A DNA stretch of 62,394 nucleotides, counting the filler. It is 8 parts of 8 records of this genome, joined end to end, with 100 filler letters (N's around TTAATTAATTAA, not from the genome) between each part and the next. Parts side by side here need not be neighbours in the genome. Positions count along the whole stretch, not along the records: positions 49,402 to 56,722 come from DRR723986_21689; positions 56,823 to 62,394 come from DRR723986_21769; 6 more parts are not named here. One strand, written 5' to 3'. Numbering within the stretch: position 1 is the first letter of the stretch; the number at the start of each line of letters is the position of its first letter. A program made the translations under genes and the position numbers. Positions 50,139 to 60,346 of the stretch are shown in pieces. Under the pieces are notes generated by a model that was given only the letters and a program-made list of their open reading frames with translations, searched no databases and was not told the DNA's origin.

Positions 50139-52442
50139 ATGAAATTCGGAAGCAGCCAGTCGGTCACGAGGCAAGAGGATCAGCGGTTCCTGACCGGGCA
50201 TGGGCGGTACGTCGACGATATCGCGCCCGAAGGCGCTCTGCATTGCTATCTGCTGCGCAGCCCGGTCGCTCATGCGGAGATCACTGACCTGGATGTGAGC
50301 GAGGCGCGCGACGTGCCCGGCGTGCATCTGGTGGTCACGGCCGCAGATCTGGTGGCGGCAGGGCTGGCCAATTCCATTCCCTTCACGGTGATCGACACCG
50401 AGGATGGCGGCAAGGCCGCGGCCCCGCGCCGCCCGATCCTTGCCGAAGGCCGGGTGCGGTTCGTGGGCGAACCCGTGGTCTTTATCGTGGCCGAGACCAT
50501 GTCCGCCGCGCGGGACGCGGCAGAGCTGGTCGTGCTCGACTTCGACGAGTTGGAACCGAAACTGGACGTGGCGACTGGCGGGCCGGAAATTCACCCGGAA
50601 GCGCCGGGGAACCTGTGCTATTCGTGGGGTGCAGGCGACAAGGAGGCCGCCGACAGGGCCCTGACCGAGGCCGCGCATGTGGTCAAGGTCACGGTCGAGG
50701 ACAACCGGATCATGTGCGCCAGCATGGAACCGCGCGCGATCTTTGCGGAAATGCAGGGCGACAGGCTGCATGTTTGCGAAAATGGGCAGGGCGTCTGGAC
50801 CAAGAAGGCCGAAATCGCGGCGTGGTTGGGGGCCGACCCCGAGCATGTTCTGGTGACCACACCCGATGTCGGCGGCGCCTTTGGCATGAAGACGATGCGC
50901 TACCCGGAACACTTCCTGCTGTCCTTTGCAGCGCGGGAATTGCGACGCCCCGTTCGCTGGATGGCCGACCGGACGGAATCCATGCTGTCGGACAATGGCG
51001 GGCGCGATCTGACCTGCACGGCGGAGCTGGCCTTTGATGGCGACTACAAGCTGACGGGCTATCGCCTGCACACCGTGTCAAATGTCGGGGCCTATGTGTC
51101 GGGCTTTGCGCAGATCATCCAGAGCCGCCTGTTTTCCCACGTCTTTCCCGGCGTCTATGATGTGCAGGCCGCCTATATGAACAACAAGGCCGTGTTCACC
51201 AACACCACGCAGGTCGATGCCTATCGCGGGGCCGGACGGCCCGAGGCGATCTATGTGCTGGAACGCGCCATGGATCACGCCGCGCGGGTGTTGGGGCTGG
51301 ATCCGATGGAGCTGCGCCGCCGGTCCTTCATCAAGCCCGGCCAGATGCCCTACAAGACGGCGGCGGGCGAGCTGTACGATTCCGGTGATTTCGCGCGGGC
51401 GATGGATCGGGCCGCGCGAGAAGCCGACTGCACCGGCTTTGCCACGCGCCGGGCCGCAAGTGCCGCAAAGGGCAGGCTGCGCGGTCAGGGGCTGTGCTAC
51501 TACATCGAGGCCATTCTGGGCCAGCCGATGGAAACCGCGAAGATTGAACTGACCGGCACGGGGGCCAAGGTCTATGTCGGCACGCAATCGGCGGGGCAAG
51601 GGCACGAGACGGTCTACAAACAGCTGCTGCGCGACCGGTTGGGGCTGGAGCTGGACCAGATCGAGATCGTGCAGGGCGACAGTGACCAGATCGTGAAGGG
51701 TGGCGGCACGGGCGGATCGCGGTCCGTCACCGTTCAGGGCTCAGCCATCTACGCCACATCCGACACGCTGCTGGACGGGCTTTTGCCCTTCGCGGAAGAG
51801 GTGATCGGGGCACAAGGCGCGCAGTTCGACCCGGAGGAGGCCGTGTTCCGCGCGCCGGGGTCCAACACGGTCGTGGGGCTTATGGAACTGGCGGAACGCG
51901 CCGAGACAGAGGGGCGCGCCAGCCTGCTGGTGGCAGAGAAGGAAATCCGCAACGCGGGCCGGTCCTTTCCCAATGGCTGCCATATCGCAGAGGTCGAGAT
52001 CGACCCCGAAACCGGTTTGTTAACCATCGAGCGCTACACTGTGACAGACGATCTGGGCAACATGATGAACCCGATGCTGGTCGAGGGGCAGATCCATGGT
52101 GGCATTGCACAAGGGGCCGGACAGGCGATGAACGAACGCGTGGTCTTTGACGAAAACGGCCAGCTTCTGACCGCCACATTCATGGATTACGGTATGCCAC
52201 GCGCAGGCGATTTTCCGTTCTTCGATTTCCACTCGGAACCGACGGATACGGACACCAACATGCTCGGCATGAAGGGGTGCGGCGAGGCCGGCACCATCGG
52301 CGCGATGGCGGCTGTGGCGAATGCGGTGCAGGATGCGCTATGGCCCGTGGGCGTGAGGGTTGCGGATATGCCGTTCACACCGCATCGTGTCTGGCAGATG
52401 ATCGAGGAGGCGAAGGGGAGCGGTGGCACCGATCAGGGGTAA
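50139..52442 (+). CDS. Xanthine dehydrogenase-family molybdopterin-binding subunit (form II CoxL-like)
   Basis: R.ED.RFLTG.G.YVDD, DVGGAFG.K, AYRGAGRPE, QGHET, GQIHGG, KGCGE. Confidence 0.9.
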   Translation: MKFGSSQSVTRQEDQRFLTGHGRYVDDIAPEGALHCYLLRSPVAHAEITDLDVSEARDVPGVHLVVTAADLVAAGLANSIPFTVIDTEDGGKAAAPRRPILAEGRVRFVGEPVVFIVAETMSAARDAAELVVLDFDELEPKLDVATGGPEIHPEAPGNLCYSWGAGDKEAADRALTEAAHVVKVTVEDNRIMCASMEPRAIFAEMQGDRLHVCENGQGVWTKKAEIAAWLGADPEHVLVTTPDVGGAFGMKTMRYPEHFLLSFAARELRRPVRWMADRTESMLSDNGGRDLTCTAELAFDGDYKLTGYRLHTVSNVGAYVSGFAQIIQSRLFSHVFPGVYDVQAAYMNNKAVFTNTTQVDAYRGAGRPEAIYVLERAMDHAARVLGLDPMELRRRSFIKPGQMPYKTAAGELYDSGDFARAMDRAAREADCTGFATRRAASAAKGRLRGQGLCYYIEAILGQPMETAKIELTGTGAKVYVGTQSAGQGHETVYKQLLRDRLGLELDQIEIVQGDSDQIVKGGGTGGSRSVTVQGSAIYATSDTLLDGLLPFAEEVIGAQGAQFDPEEAVFRAPGSNTVVGLMELAERAETEGRASLLVAEKEIRNAGRSFPNGCHIAEVEIDPETGLLTIERYTVTDDLGNMMNPMLVEGQIHGGIAQGAGQAMNERVVFDENGQLLTATFMDYGMPRAGDFPFFDFHSEPTDTDTNMLGMKGCGEAGTIGAMAAVANAVQDALWPVGVRVADMPFTPHRVWQMIEEAKGSGGTDQG

Positions 52443-53493
52443 ATGGTCTTTCTGGCGCGGATTCAAGAACCCGGAACCGCGCCTGCCGGAGGTCCGGCCT
52501 GCCTGCACCCATGTGGTGCTGCTCGATGGCACCATGTCCACCCTGCGCCGGGGCTTTGAGACCAATATCGGCCTGACCTATCGGCTGCTGTCCGAACTCA
52601 ACCCTTCGGCCAATGTGATGCTGTATTATGAACCCGGCATTCAGTGGCGCGGCGTGAAGCGGTCCGTCGAAGTGCTGGCCGGGGTCGGCATCAACCGCCA
52701 GATCAAGCGCGCCTACCTGTTTCTGGCCCGAAACTATCGCCCCGGTGACCGGGTGGTTCTGATGGGCTATTCGCGCGGTGCCTTCGCGGTGCGGTCGCTG
52801 GCGGGGTTGATCGACAAGCTGGGACTGCTGAGGCCCGCTCAGATCAGTGAGGAAACGCTGGAACGCTTGTATGTTTTGTATCAGGAGGCACCTGACAGTT
52901 CGCCGGCCAAGGCCTTTCGCGCGGCCCGATGCCATAATCGGGTCGGGATTGACTTGGTGGGCGTCTACGACACGGTCCGTGCCCTCGGTCTGCGCTGGCC
53001 GCTTCTGTGGCGGCTCGCCCCGCAGGCGCATGAATTTCACAGCCATGAACTGGGGGCCTCCACACGCCACGGGCGTCATGCGCTGGCGATGGATGAAACC
53101 CGCGATGTCTATGCGCCAGTGCTGTGGGATCTGCCCGAGGGACGGGACGGCGACATCGTGCAGATGTGGTTTCGCGGCACGCATGGCGATGTGGGCGGGC
53201 AGCTTGGTGATTGGCACGCGGCGCGGCCCCTGTCGAATATACCGCTGGTCTGGATGCTGGGAGAGGCCGAAGCCTGCGGGCTGCCGCTGCCGCCCCATTG
53301 GCGCAGCCGCTTCCTGACGGATGCGGCAGCCCCCTCGGTCGGAACCCTGCGCGGTTGGAGCCGTATTTTTGTGCTGAGGCATAAACGGCGGATCGGGCTG
53401 GACAGGTCAGAGAAGATCCACCCGACGGCGCTGTCTGCCGCGCGCCAGGCGGGGTTGCCGGTCATGTCGGACGGGGCCTTGCGGGTCAGCTAG
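52423..53493 (+). CDS. DUF2235 (Tle1-like) alpha/beta hydrolase
   Basis: LLDGT, YY.PG, GYSRGA, GVYDTV, HALA.DE.R, WF.G.H.DVGG. Confidence 0.88.
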   Translation: MAPIRGKWSFWRGFKNPEPRLPEVRPACTHVVLLDGTMSTLRRGFETNIGLTYRLLSELNPSANVMLYYEPGIQWRGVKRSVEVLAGVGINRQIKRAYLFLARNYRPGDRVVLMGYSRGAFAVRSLAGLIDKLGLLRPAQISEETLERLYVLYQEAPDSSPAKAFRAARCHNRVGIDLVGVYDTVRALGLRWPLLWRLAPQAHEFHSHELGASTRHGRHALAMDETRDVYAPVLWDLPEGRDGDIVQMWFRGTHGDVGGQLGDWHAARPLSNIPLVWMLGEAEACGLPLPPHWRSRFLTDAAAPSVGTLRGWSRIFVLRHKRRIGLDRSEKIHPTALSAARQAGLPVMSDGALRVS

Positions 53494-53619
53494 GGCGTTT
53501 CGCCGCCTTTGGCGTCGATCCGGGAACGGCCGACCTCAGACCCCTTTGGGGCCTTCGTCCGACCGTGAGGGGGGACGTCCCCCCTTCACCCCCCGACCTG
53601 AACCGTCTGATCACACCCG

Positions 53620-56043
53620 TCACTGTTTGCGCGGTTTGGCTCGGAGTGTCGGATCGGCCTGAGCGGGGTCTTCCGGCCAGGGGTGCCTGGAGTAGCGGGC
53701 CCGCATATCCTTGCGCACATCGGCGTAGCTGCCTGACCAAAAGCCGGGAAGATCCGTGGTTGTCTGAACGGGACGGCCCGCAGGGGACAGCAGCGTCATC
53801 CTCAGGGGTTGGCGATCCTGCCCGATCGTGGGGTGGATCGTGGTGCCAAAGACCTCTTGCAGACGCAGGGCAACCTCTGGTGTTTCGCCGGAGTAATCAA
53901 TCGCGGCCTTGCGCCCCATGGGTGTAACCCAATTAGCCGGCGCAAGGCGGTCAAGGTCTTGCTGTTGCCCCCAATCGACAAGGGTTTTCAACGCCTCTGT
54001 CGGATCAAACCGTTTGAGGTCAGCAGCGCTTGTCTGGGTCGTCAGGAACGGTGCCAGCCATGTTTCCAATCCATCCAGCAGCGCCGCATCCGAGACATCC
54101 ACCAACCCCGACGCCCGCAACCGGGCCCGCAGAAGCCGGGCCGACTTGGTCCAGTCCAGCACCTCTAGCCCCAGATCGCGCACCCCTGCGAGCATGGCGG
54201 TTGTCATGGCCTCAGGCGGGGCATCGGCCCAGATCCGGTCTTGCAGGGTCAGCGCGCCGAACCGCTCCTCTTCGCGCGCCATAACCCGCCGGTCCCGGCG
54301 CGACCAGTCGCAACGCTGCACCCAGTGAATGCGATCGGCGTAAAGCCCCCGAAGCTCGCTTTCGCTTAAGGCAATGGCCTGTCGGATACGCGCCTCTCTC
54401 GGATTGCCATCCAGATCGGTGGCGACGATCAGGCGCTGTCCTGCCAACCCGTCACCATCAGGCATGATGGCCCCCTTGCCTCCGGACAGGACAAAACGGG
54501 GCGCGTCCCCCTTGCGGCGCAAGCCGATCCTGTCGGGATAGGCCAGCGCTGCCTGTTCCGCGAGGCTATGGCTTGGCCCCTTGGCGAAGCGGGCAAGCCG
54601 CCTGGCCTCTTCCGTGATGCGGGCCACAGCCCCCCGGTCCGCGTTCATCGCGCCGGGGTTGTCCAACGCGCGCAACCGCAGCGACAGATCCGTGCCCCGA
54701 CCGCGCAGCGGATCGCGTTCCGACAACAGGGCCGCCAACCGTTCCGCCCCCTTACCCCCCACGGCCAGCATATGCGCAAGCCGAGGGTGCAGCGGCATCC
54801 GGGACAGGGCCTTGCCGTGATCTGTCACATGGCCCGCATCGTCCAATGCCCCGAGGCCCTGCAACAGGGCCTGTGCCTCTGACAGGGCCCCCGTGGGTGG
54901 GGAGGTCAGGAACGCAAGGCCTTCACCATCCCCCGCGCCCCACAACGCCAGGTCCAGCGCCAGTGACGCAAGGTCGGCGGCTTCGATCTCGGCAGGGGGG
55001 AACGCGGGCAAGGCCCCCTCGCCTCCCTTGGTCCAGTTGCGATAACAGATGCCCTCTGCCACTCGACCTGCACGCCCCCGGCGCTGATCTGCCTCGGCCC
55101 GGCTGACCGCTTCGGTTACCAGCCGCGACATGCCCGAGGACGGGTCAAATCGCGCTCGGCGCGCCCGCCCGCCGTCCACCACCACGCGGATATCGGGGAT
55201 GGTCAGCGAGGTTTCGGCGATGGACGTCGCAAGCACCAGCTTGCGCAGACCCTTGGCCTCGGGGCTGAGGGCGGCGCGTTGTGCGGAAAGGGGCATCGCG
55301 CCGAAAAGCTGATGAAGGACAACATTGCCCGGCAGGCCATCCAGCAGGGCGGCGGTGCGACGGATCTCGCCTTCGCCAGGCAGGAAAGCCAGAATCCCCC
55401 CTTGAGTATCAGACAGGGCCTGCCGGATCAGGCTGGCCATGGACTGTTCAAACCGTTCATCCCTGCGCGGCGGCGCATCGCGCCAGCGGGTTTCGACCGG
55501 GAAGGCCTTGCCCTCGGACGTGACCACCGGCGCGCTGTCCAGCAGGGCGGCAACCGGCGCTGCATCCAGTGTGGCCGACATCACCAGCAACAGCAGATCC
55601 TCTCTCAGGGCGCCGCGCACTTCCCATGTCAGGGCCAACCCCAGATCGGCATTGAGAGAGCGTTCATGAAATTCGTCAAAGATCACCGCGCCGATGCCCG
55701 GCAATTCGGGGTTGTCCTGTAGCATCCGGGTCAGGATGCCTTCGGTCACCACCTCTACCCGCGTCTCTGGCCCCACCTTGCTGTCACCGCGCACCCGGTA
55801 GCCGATGGTCTGGCCGGGCTGTTCGCCCAAGGTCTCGGCCATGCGTTCCGCCGCCGCCCGGGCGGCAAGCCGGCGAGGTTCCAGCATCAGGATACGGCCC
55901 GGCGCAATCCCGGCCCGGAGCAGCGCCAGAGGCACGCGGGTGGTCTTGCCCGCACCCGGAGGGGCCTGCAAAACGGCGCGACCGTGGCTGCGAAGGGCGG
56001 CCACAAGATCTGGCAGGATGGGGTCAATCGGCAGGCGGGTCAT
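53620..56043 (-). CDS. hrpB: ATP-dependent RNA helicase HrpB
   Basis: [40 protein letters not shown]. Confidence 0.95.
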   Translation of the reverse strand: MTRLPIDPILPDLVAALRSHGRAVLQAPPGAGKTTRVPLALLRAGIAPGRILMLEPRRLAARAAAERMAETLGEQPGQTIGYRVRGDSKVGPETRVEVVTEGILTRMLQDNPELPGIGAVIFDEFHERSLNADLGLALTWEVRGALREDLLLLVMSATLDAAPVAALLDSAPVVTSEGKAFPVETRWRDAPPRRDERFEQSMASLIRQALSDTQGGILAFLPGEGEIRRTAALLDGLPGNVVLHQLFGAMPLSAQRAALSPEAKGLRKLVLATSIAETSLTIPDIRVVVDGGRARRARFDPSSGMSRLVTEAVSRAEADQRRGRAGRVAEGICYRNWTKGGEGALPAFPPAEIEAADLASLALDLALWGAGDGEGLAFLTSPPTGALSEAQALLQGLGALDDAGHVTDHGKALSRMPLHPRLAHMLAVGGKGAERLAALLSERDPLRGRGTDLSLRLRALDNPGAMNADRGAVARITEEARRLARFAKGPSHSLAEQAALAYPDRIGLRRKGDAPRFVLSGGKGAIMPDGDGLAGQRLIVATDLDGNPREARIRQAIALSESELRGLYADRIHWVQRCDWSRRDRRVMAREEERFGALTLQDRIWADAPPEAMTTAMLAGVRDLGLEVLDWTKSARLLRARLRASGLVDVSDAALLDGLETWLAPFLTTQTSAADLKRFDPTEALKTLVDWGQQQDLDRLAPANWVTPMGRKAAIDYSGETPEVALRLQEVFGTTIHPTIGQDRQPLRMTLLSPAGRPVQTTTDLPGFWSGSYADVRKDMRARYSRHPWPEDPAQADPTLRAKPRKQ

Positions 56044-56221
56044 GTGGGTTGGATCCGTTCGGGGGCTGGTCGCGATGTCGGGCCATAAAGGGCGGCACGA
56101 ACGGCCCGCGTCAACCGCTGCTTGTGGTTGTCATAACGCCGCGCCGGGTAGACAAGGCGGCACCCGTCGGGGCAAACAGCGTCTGGCACTTCGCCGCAGC
56201 CCTGCAAGAAACGATGGCCCG

Positions 56222-56722
56222 ATGACTGACACCCGCCTGCCCGCAGACCTGCCCGACCGCATCCTTGCCGGGGAACGCCGGGCGTTGGCCCGCGCGGTGA
56301 CGCTGGTGGAAAGCACACGGCCCGATCACCGGGCGCGGGCGACGGCCTTGCTGGAAACCTTGCAGGGCCACGGGCGGCAGGCGCTTCGGATCGGGCTTTC
56401 GGGTACGCCCGGCGTGGGCAAATCCACCTTTACCGAAAGCTTCGGCATGATGCTGGTGGAGCAGGGGTTGAAAGTGGCGGTACTGGCGGTCGATCCCAGT
56501 TCGACCCGCTCTGGTGGGTCCATCCTTGGCGATAAAACCCGGATGGAGCAGCTCTCGCGCCAGAAATCAGCGTTTATACGGCCCTCGCCTTCGCTGTCCC
56601 ATCTGGGCGGGGTGTCCCGACGCACGCGCGAGGCCGTGGCGCTGTGCGAAGCGGCTGGCTTTGACGTGATCATCATCGAGACCGTCGGCGTCGGCCAGTC
56701 CGAGACCATGGTGGCCGAGATG
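56222..56722 (+). CDS. meaB: Methylmalonyl-CoA mutase-associated GTPase MeaB, N-terminal part
   Basis: [35 protein letters not shown]. Confidence 0.92.
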
Positions 56723-56823
56723 NNNNNNNNNNNNNNNNNNNNNNNNNNNNNNNNNNNNNNNNNNNNTTAATTAATTAANNNNNNNNNNNNNNNNNNNNNN
56801 NNNNNNNNNNNNNNNNNNNNNNA

Positions 56824-57165
56824 GTAGCCGCGACATCTGCAACAGTTTCAGCGGCAGATGCTGCTAATGGCGAGAAGCTTTTTAAGCGTTGCGCAACATG
56901 CCACACCTTAACGCCAGGCGGCCGCAAGATTGGCCCCTCTCTTTATGGTATTTTTGGCCGGACTTCCGGCACTCTTGAAGGATTCCGCTATTCAAATGCT
57001 ATGAAAGAAGCGGCGATTGTCTGGAGTGAAGAAACAATTGACGCCTACATTGAAAACCCGCGCGCCTATGTCAAAGGTAACAGAATGGCGTTTCCTGGCT
57101 TAAGGAAGCCTGAAGACCGCGCTGATGTACTGGCATATCTAAAAACTGCGACGGGCGCAGAGTAA
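56824..57165 (+). CDS. cycA: Cytochrome c2 (class I), 5' truncated; not in the ORF track
   Basis: Own translation ...ADAANGEKLFKRCATCH...KIGPSLYG...YSNAM...W....NP...GNRMAFPGL....RADVLAYL; CxxCH haem motif and axial Met. Confidence 0.88.
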   Translation, partial: VAATSATVSAADAANGEKLFKRCATCHTLTPGGRKIGPSLYGIFGRTSGTLEGFRYSNAMKEAAIVWSEETIDAYIENPRAYVKGNRMAFPGLRKPEDRADVLAYLKTATGAE

Positions 57166-57175
57166 ACCCTGCACT

Positions 57176-58252
57176 CTATTCGCCGACCAACGATTTAGGT
57201 AGGTCACGCAAAGATTGGCTGCCTGTCAAAAGACAGGCGGCCTTTATTCCTTCTATTAAAGTGTCAAAGTGCGACAATACGGCGTCCGTTGAATGTAACG
57301 CTGCCTTTAACACAGGCCCCGCTTGCGCAATAATATCTGCCCCCATGGCTATGGCTTTTGCTGCATCAACGCCGTGGCGTATTCCTCCTGACGCTATTAA
57401 GTCACACGACAGGTTTGCCGCCTTTATTTGACGCAAACATTCAACTGTATTCAATCCCCAACCTGATAATGCGCTACCTAAATGCTGGGCGCTGACATCG
57501 GCATTGCGTGCAAGTTCTACATCGGCAAAGTTAGTACCTCCGCACCCGGCAACATCAATTGCCTGAACGCCGGCGCATAGAAGTTTGTGCGCAACTAAAG
57601 CGCTTATGCCAAACCCAACCTCTTTTGCTATAAGAGGTACACTTGTATGTTTTGCTAGGCTTTCAATGGTTTTTAGTATGCCATTCCAGTCTCGGTCACC
57701 GCCAGGCTGAAAAAGTTCCTGGACAGGGTTGAAGTGCAAAATTAGGCCGTTGGCTTCCAGCATATCAATCGCTTCTAAAGCGCCATTAATTCCAAGAGGG
57801 CCAATTAATTGGACCGCCCCAATATTTGCGAACAAAGCCACTTTTGGTGCACGCCTACGGATGGATTTAGCTAAGCCGCCGTCTGCCCCTGTTTCAAGGG
57901 CCACACGCTGAGAACCGACCCCCATGGCAATGTTAAGTTCAGCTGCTGCTTCAGCCAAATGCATGTTAATCACTTCGGCGCTGCTTGGGCCGCCGGTCAT
58001 GCTGCTGATCATGCAGGGGTATTTGAGTGTATGCCCCATGAATTTGGCGCTAGTGTCAATGTCGTCAAAATTCACTTCCGGCAATGCACAATGCTCAAGC
58101 TTAATGCTATCAAAGCAGCTGGTTTTCGCCGCCGGGTTATGACCAGCGGAAGCTTGATTTGTTTCACGCTGTGCTAGGACCAAATCAATATGATCCTGTT
58201 TGCGACTGACAATATCATCCAGCACTTGTGGAGGTTTCTGGTCTCCGCCCAT
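57176..58252 (-). CDS. fni: Type 2 (FMN-dependent) isopentenyl-diphosphate delta-isomerase
   Basis: RK.DHI, SSMTGG, GVGSQR, KEVGFG, DVAG.GGT, ASGGIR.G. Confidence 0.92.
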   Translation of the reverse strand: MGGDQKPPQVLDDIVSRKQDHIDLVLAQRETNQASAGHNPAAKTSCFDSIKLEHCALPEVNFDDIDTSAKFMGHTLKYPCMISSMTGGPSSAEVINMHLAEAAAELNIAMGVGSQRVALETGADGGLAKSIRRRAPKVALFANIGAVQLIGPLGINGALEAIDMLEANGLILHFNPVQELFQPGGDRDWNGILKTIESLAKHTSVPLIAKEVGFGISALVAHKLLCAGVQAIDVAGCGGTNFADVELARNADVSAQHLGSALSGWGLNTVECLRQIKAANLSCDLIASGGIRHGVDAAKAIAMGADIIAQAGPVLKAALHSTDAVLSHFDTLIEGIKAACLLTGSQSLRDLPKSLVGE

Positions 58253-58563
58253 TATACGACCTCCTTGTCGTGGGTGTTAGCGGTTGGCTCTGCTTTGGTT
58301 TCTTTTAGCCGCAGCCACACGTCTAGACCGTGTGCCATGCCGGATAAAACTAGAAATACGGCAATGAGCACCCAGCTATCTCCTGTAAGCGCAGCATTGA
58401 GAGCCAGAAAGATAAATGCGCCAGGCGCTATGAGACTAAGCAATCGTTTGAAACGAAGTCCATTATTTTGGCCGCGTGATATGAGAGTAAGCACCACAAG
58501 TTCCAACACAATCACAATGAATATGACGTCAATAACCTGCCCTGATGTGATAAATTCTTTCAT
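58252..58563 (-). CDS. Small hypothetical membrane protein
   Basis: 103 aa, about three hydrophobic helices, tightly coupled to tspO and fni. Confidence 0.7.
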   Translation of the reverse strand: MKEFITSGQVIDVIFIVIVLELVVLTLISRGQNNGLRFKRLLSLIAPGAFIFLALNAALTGDSWVLIAVFLVLSGMAHGLDVWLRLKETKAEPTANTHDKEVV

Positions 58564-58566
58564 ATA

Positions 58567-59058
58567 TTATCCAAAAGGTCCGTTCAACTGGACCACCGAA
58601 GCATTCACCATTGCGGCAAAACTAACCCATGCTAAGTAGGGCAGTAAAGCGGGTATTAGAACCGGTGTTAAGCGGCGCAATAACACCATAATTGACACTA
58701 TGGAAAGCCATAGGAAACCAACTTCAAATAATGCCCAGTCTGGTCTTTGCATCGTGAAAAATAAAATGCTCCATGTCACGTTAAGGGCGCCATTTATCAG
58801 AAATAAAACAGCAATTTTTCGTCGCTGTGCAGTCGTTTGACTGGCATCCCATGCCTTTATCGCCGCGTAGGCAAGCAAAGCAAATATAGTTGTCCACGCT
58901 GGACCAAATAGCCAATCAGGCGGCTTCCATGAAGGTTGCTTTAACGCATAATACCAATCCCCTAAAGGTGTGGCTAATCCGCCTGCGAACAGCACAAGGA
59001 ACGTCAAAAGTATAATCGTGATCGTGGAACTTTGCAGGTTCCGAATACGATCTATCAT
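58567..59058 (-). CDS. tspO: Tryptophan-rich sensory protein TspO/CrtK
   Basis: WY..L..PSW.PP.W.F.PAWT, WS.LFF, PYLAWV.FA. Confidence 0.92.
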   Translation of the reverse strand: MIDRIRNLQSSTITIILLTFLVLFAGGLATPLGDWYYALKQPSWKPPDWLFGPAWTTIFALLAYAAIKAWDASQTTAQRRKIAVLFLINGALNVTWSILFFTMQRPDWALFEVGFLWLSIVSIMVLLRRLTPVLIPALLPYLAWVSFAAMVNASVVQLNGPFG

Positions 59059-59065
59059 AATGTCT

Positions 59066-60346
59066 TCATGATGATTTGTTTTTACTATGTCCGCTATAGG
59101 GGGAAACCATTTGCAATAAATGGCCCATATCTTTGGCAAAAATTCTCATCTGTGCCTTGAAGCTTTGGCGGACCAGTTTCTTTTCCATATAGGCTTGCCA
59201 TGTTAGGCGCTGCACGTCTGCGTCTGCACACATTGTAGTAAAGCGTTCGCGCATACCATCGGACCCATACCAGAAACGCTGCATAATTCCTAAAATCCAG
59301 AAAACGCGACCATGCTCTTTCATGAAATGTTTGCGAGCGAGTGACATCAACTTAGGGTTTTTGTGGCGTAGGCTTTCTGCCATGGCATTGGCAGCCATTT
59401 CACCGGATAGCATTGCATAATAAATACCCTCGCCGGATGCAGGCGCTACAACGCCTGCGGCGTCGCCAACCAGCAATATGTCTTTGCCGTTATCCCACCG
59501 TTTTAATGGCTTCATGGGAATAGGCGCTCCCTCGCAGCGTATGGTTTTAGTGTGAAGATTTTCGCGCTCTCTCAGATTTTTAACCGAGTCCTTAAGCGAA
59601 AACCCTTTTTTGGCAGTGCCTGTGCCAACAGAAACGGATTTGCCATGGGGGAATACCCAGCTATAAAAATCAGGGGAAAGAACCCCGGTGTAATGAATGT
59701 CACATCGGTCCGCTTTATAGGGGCGCACGCTTTCGTCACTTTCCGGCGCTTCGATTACTTCATGATAAGCGAAAACTGAACGCGGTGTGCCCAGTTTGGG
59801 GGCGCCTAATCTGCGAACACTGGAGAGCGCACCGTCAGCGCCAATTATTCTGCGTGAATAAACAATATGCTCAGTCTTATCTTTGTCGATATAGCGAACT
59901 TGGCAAAGGGGCACATTTTCAGAGTCGATTGATGCAGAAACGCGGTCAATTGCGGTTAGTTTTCCATCAATGCGCATTGCGCCAAATTCTGTTGAGCGAT
60001 TTCTTAAGTATTCATCAAATTTATCACGATCAACCATGCCGACATAGCCATTTTCAATTGGCATATCAACAACGCGGCCCGTCGGAGAGACTATCCGCGC
60101 GCCGTGCACTCTGGCAACAATCTGTTCATTGGCAATTTTAAAGTCTCGAATGAGCTTCGGAGGTACAGCGCCGCCACATGGCTTTATCCGGCCCGCTTTA
60201 TCAAGCAAGATAACGGAAAAGCCTTCTTTGGCCAATGTCTCGGCAGCAATGCTGCCTGAAGGGCCGCCGCCCACAACAAGCACATCAGCAGGCTGGTTTT
60301 CTTGACCAACAGTATCCGAGGCTAAAATATTTGAATGTACAGTCAT
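59066..60346 (-). CDS. bchP: Geranylgeranyl reductase
   Basis: GGGPSG, RIKPCGGA.PP, SPDFY.WVFPH, GDAAG.V...SGEGIYYA, DVQRLTW.AY. Confidence 0.95.
   Translation of the reverse strand: MTVHSNILASDTVGQENQPADVLVVGGGPSGSIAAETLAKEGFSVILLDKAGRIKPCGGAVPPKLIRDFKIANEQIVARVHGARIVSPTGRVVDMPIENGYVGMVDRDKFDEYLRNRSTEFGAMRIDGKLTAIDRVSASIDSENVPLCQVRYIDKDKTEHIVYSRRIIGADGALSSVRRLGAPKLGTPRSVFAYHEVIEAPESDESVRPYKADRCDIHYTGVLSPDFYSWVFPHGKSVSVGTGTAKKGFSLKDSVKNLRERENLHTKTIRCEGAPIPMKPLKRWDNGKDILLVGDAAGVVAPASGEGIYYAMLSGEMAANAMAESLRHKNPKLMSLARKHFMKEHGRVFWILGIMQRFWYGSDGMRERFTTMCADADVQRLTWQAYMEKKLVRQSFKAQMRIFAKDMGHLLQMVSPYSGHSKNKSS

Noticed and set aside
50139-52442. Genuine aerobic CO dehydrogenase (form I coxL)
   Set aside because: Active-site loop is AYRGAGR rather than AYxCSFR, and coxM/coxS are not adjacent
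52423-53493. T6SS effector locus
   Set aside because: No vgrG, PAAR, hcp or immunity gene; housekeeping neighbourhood
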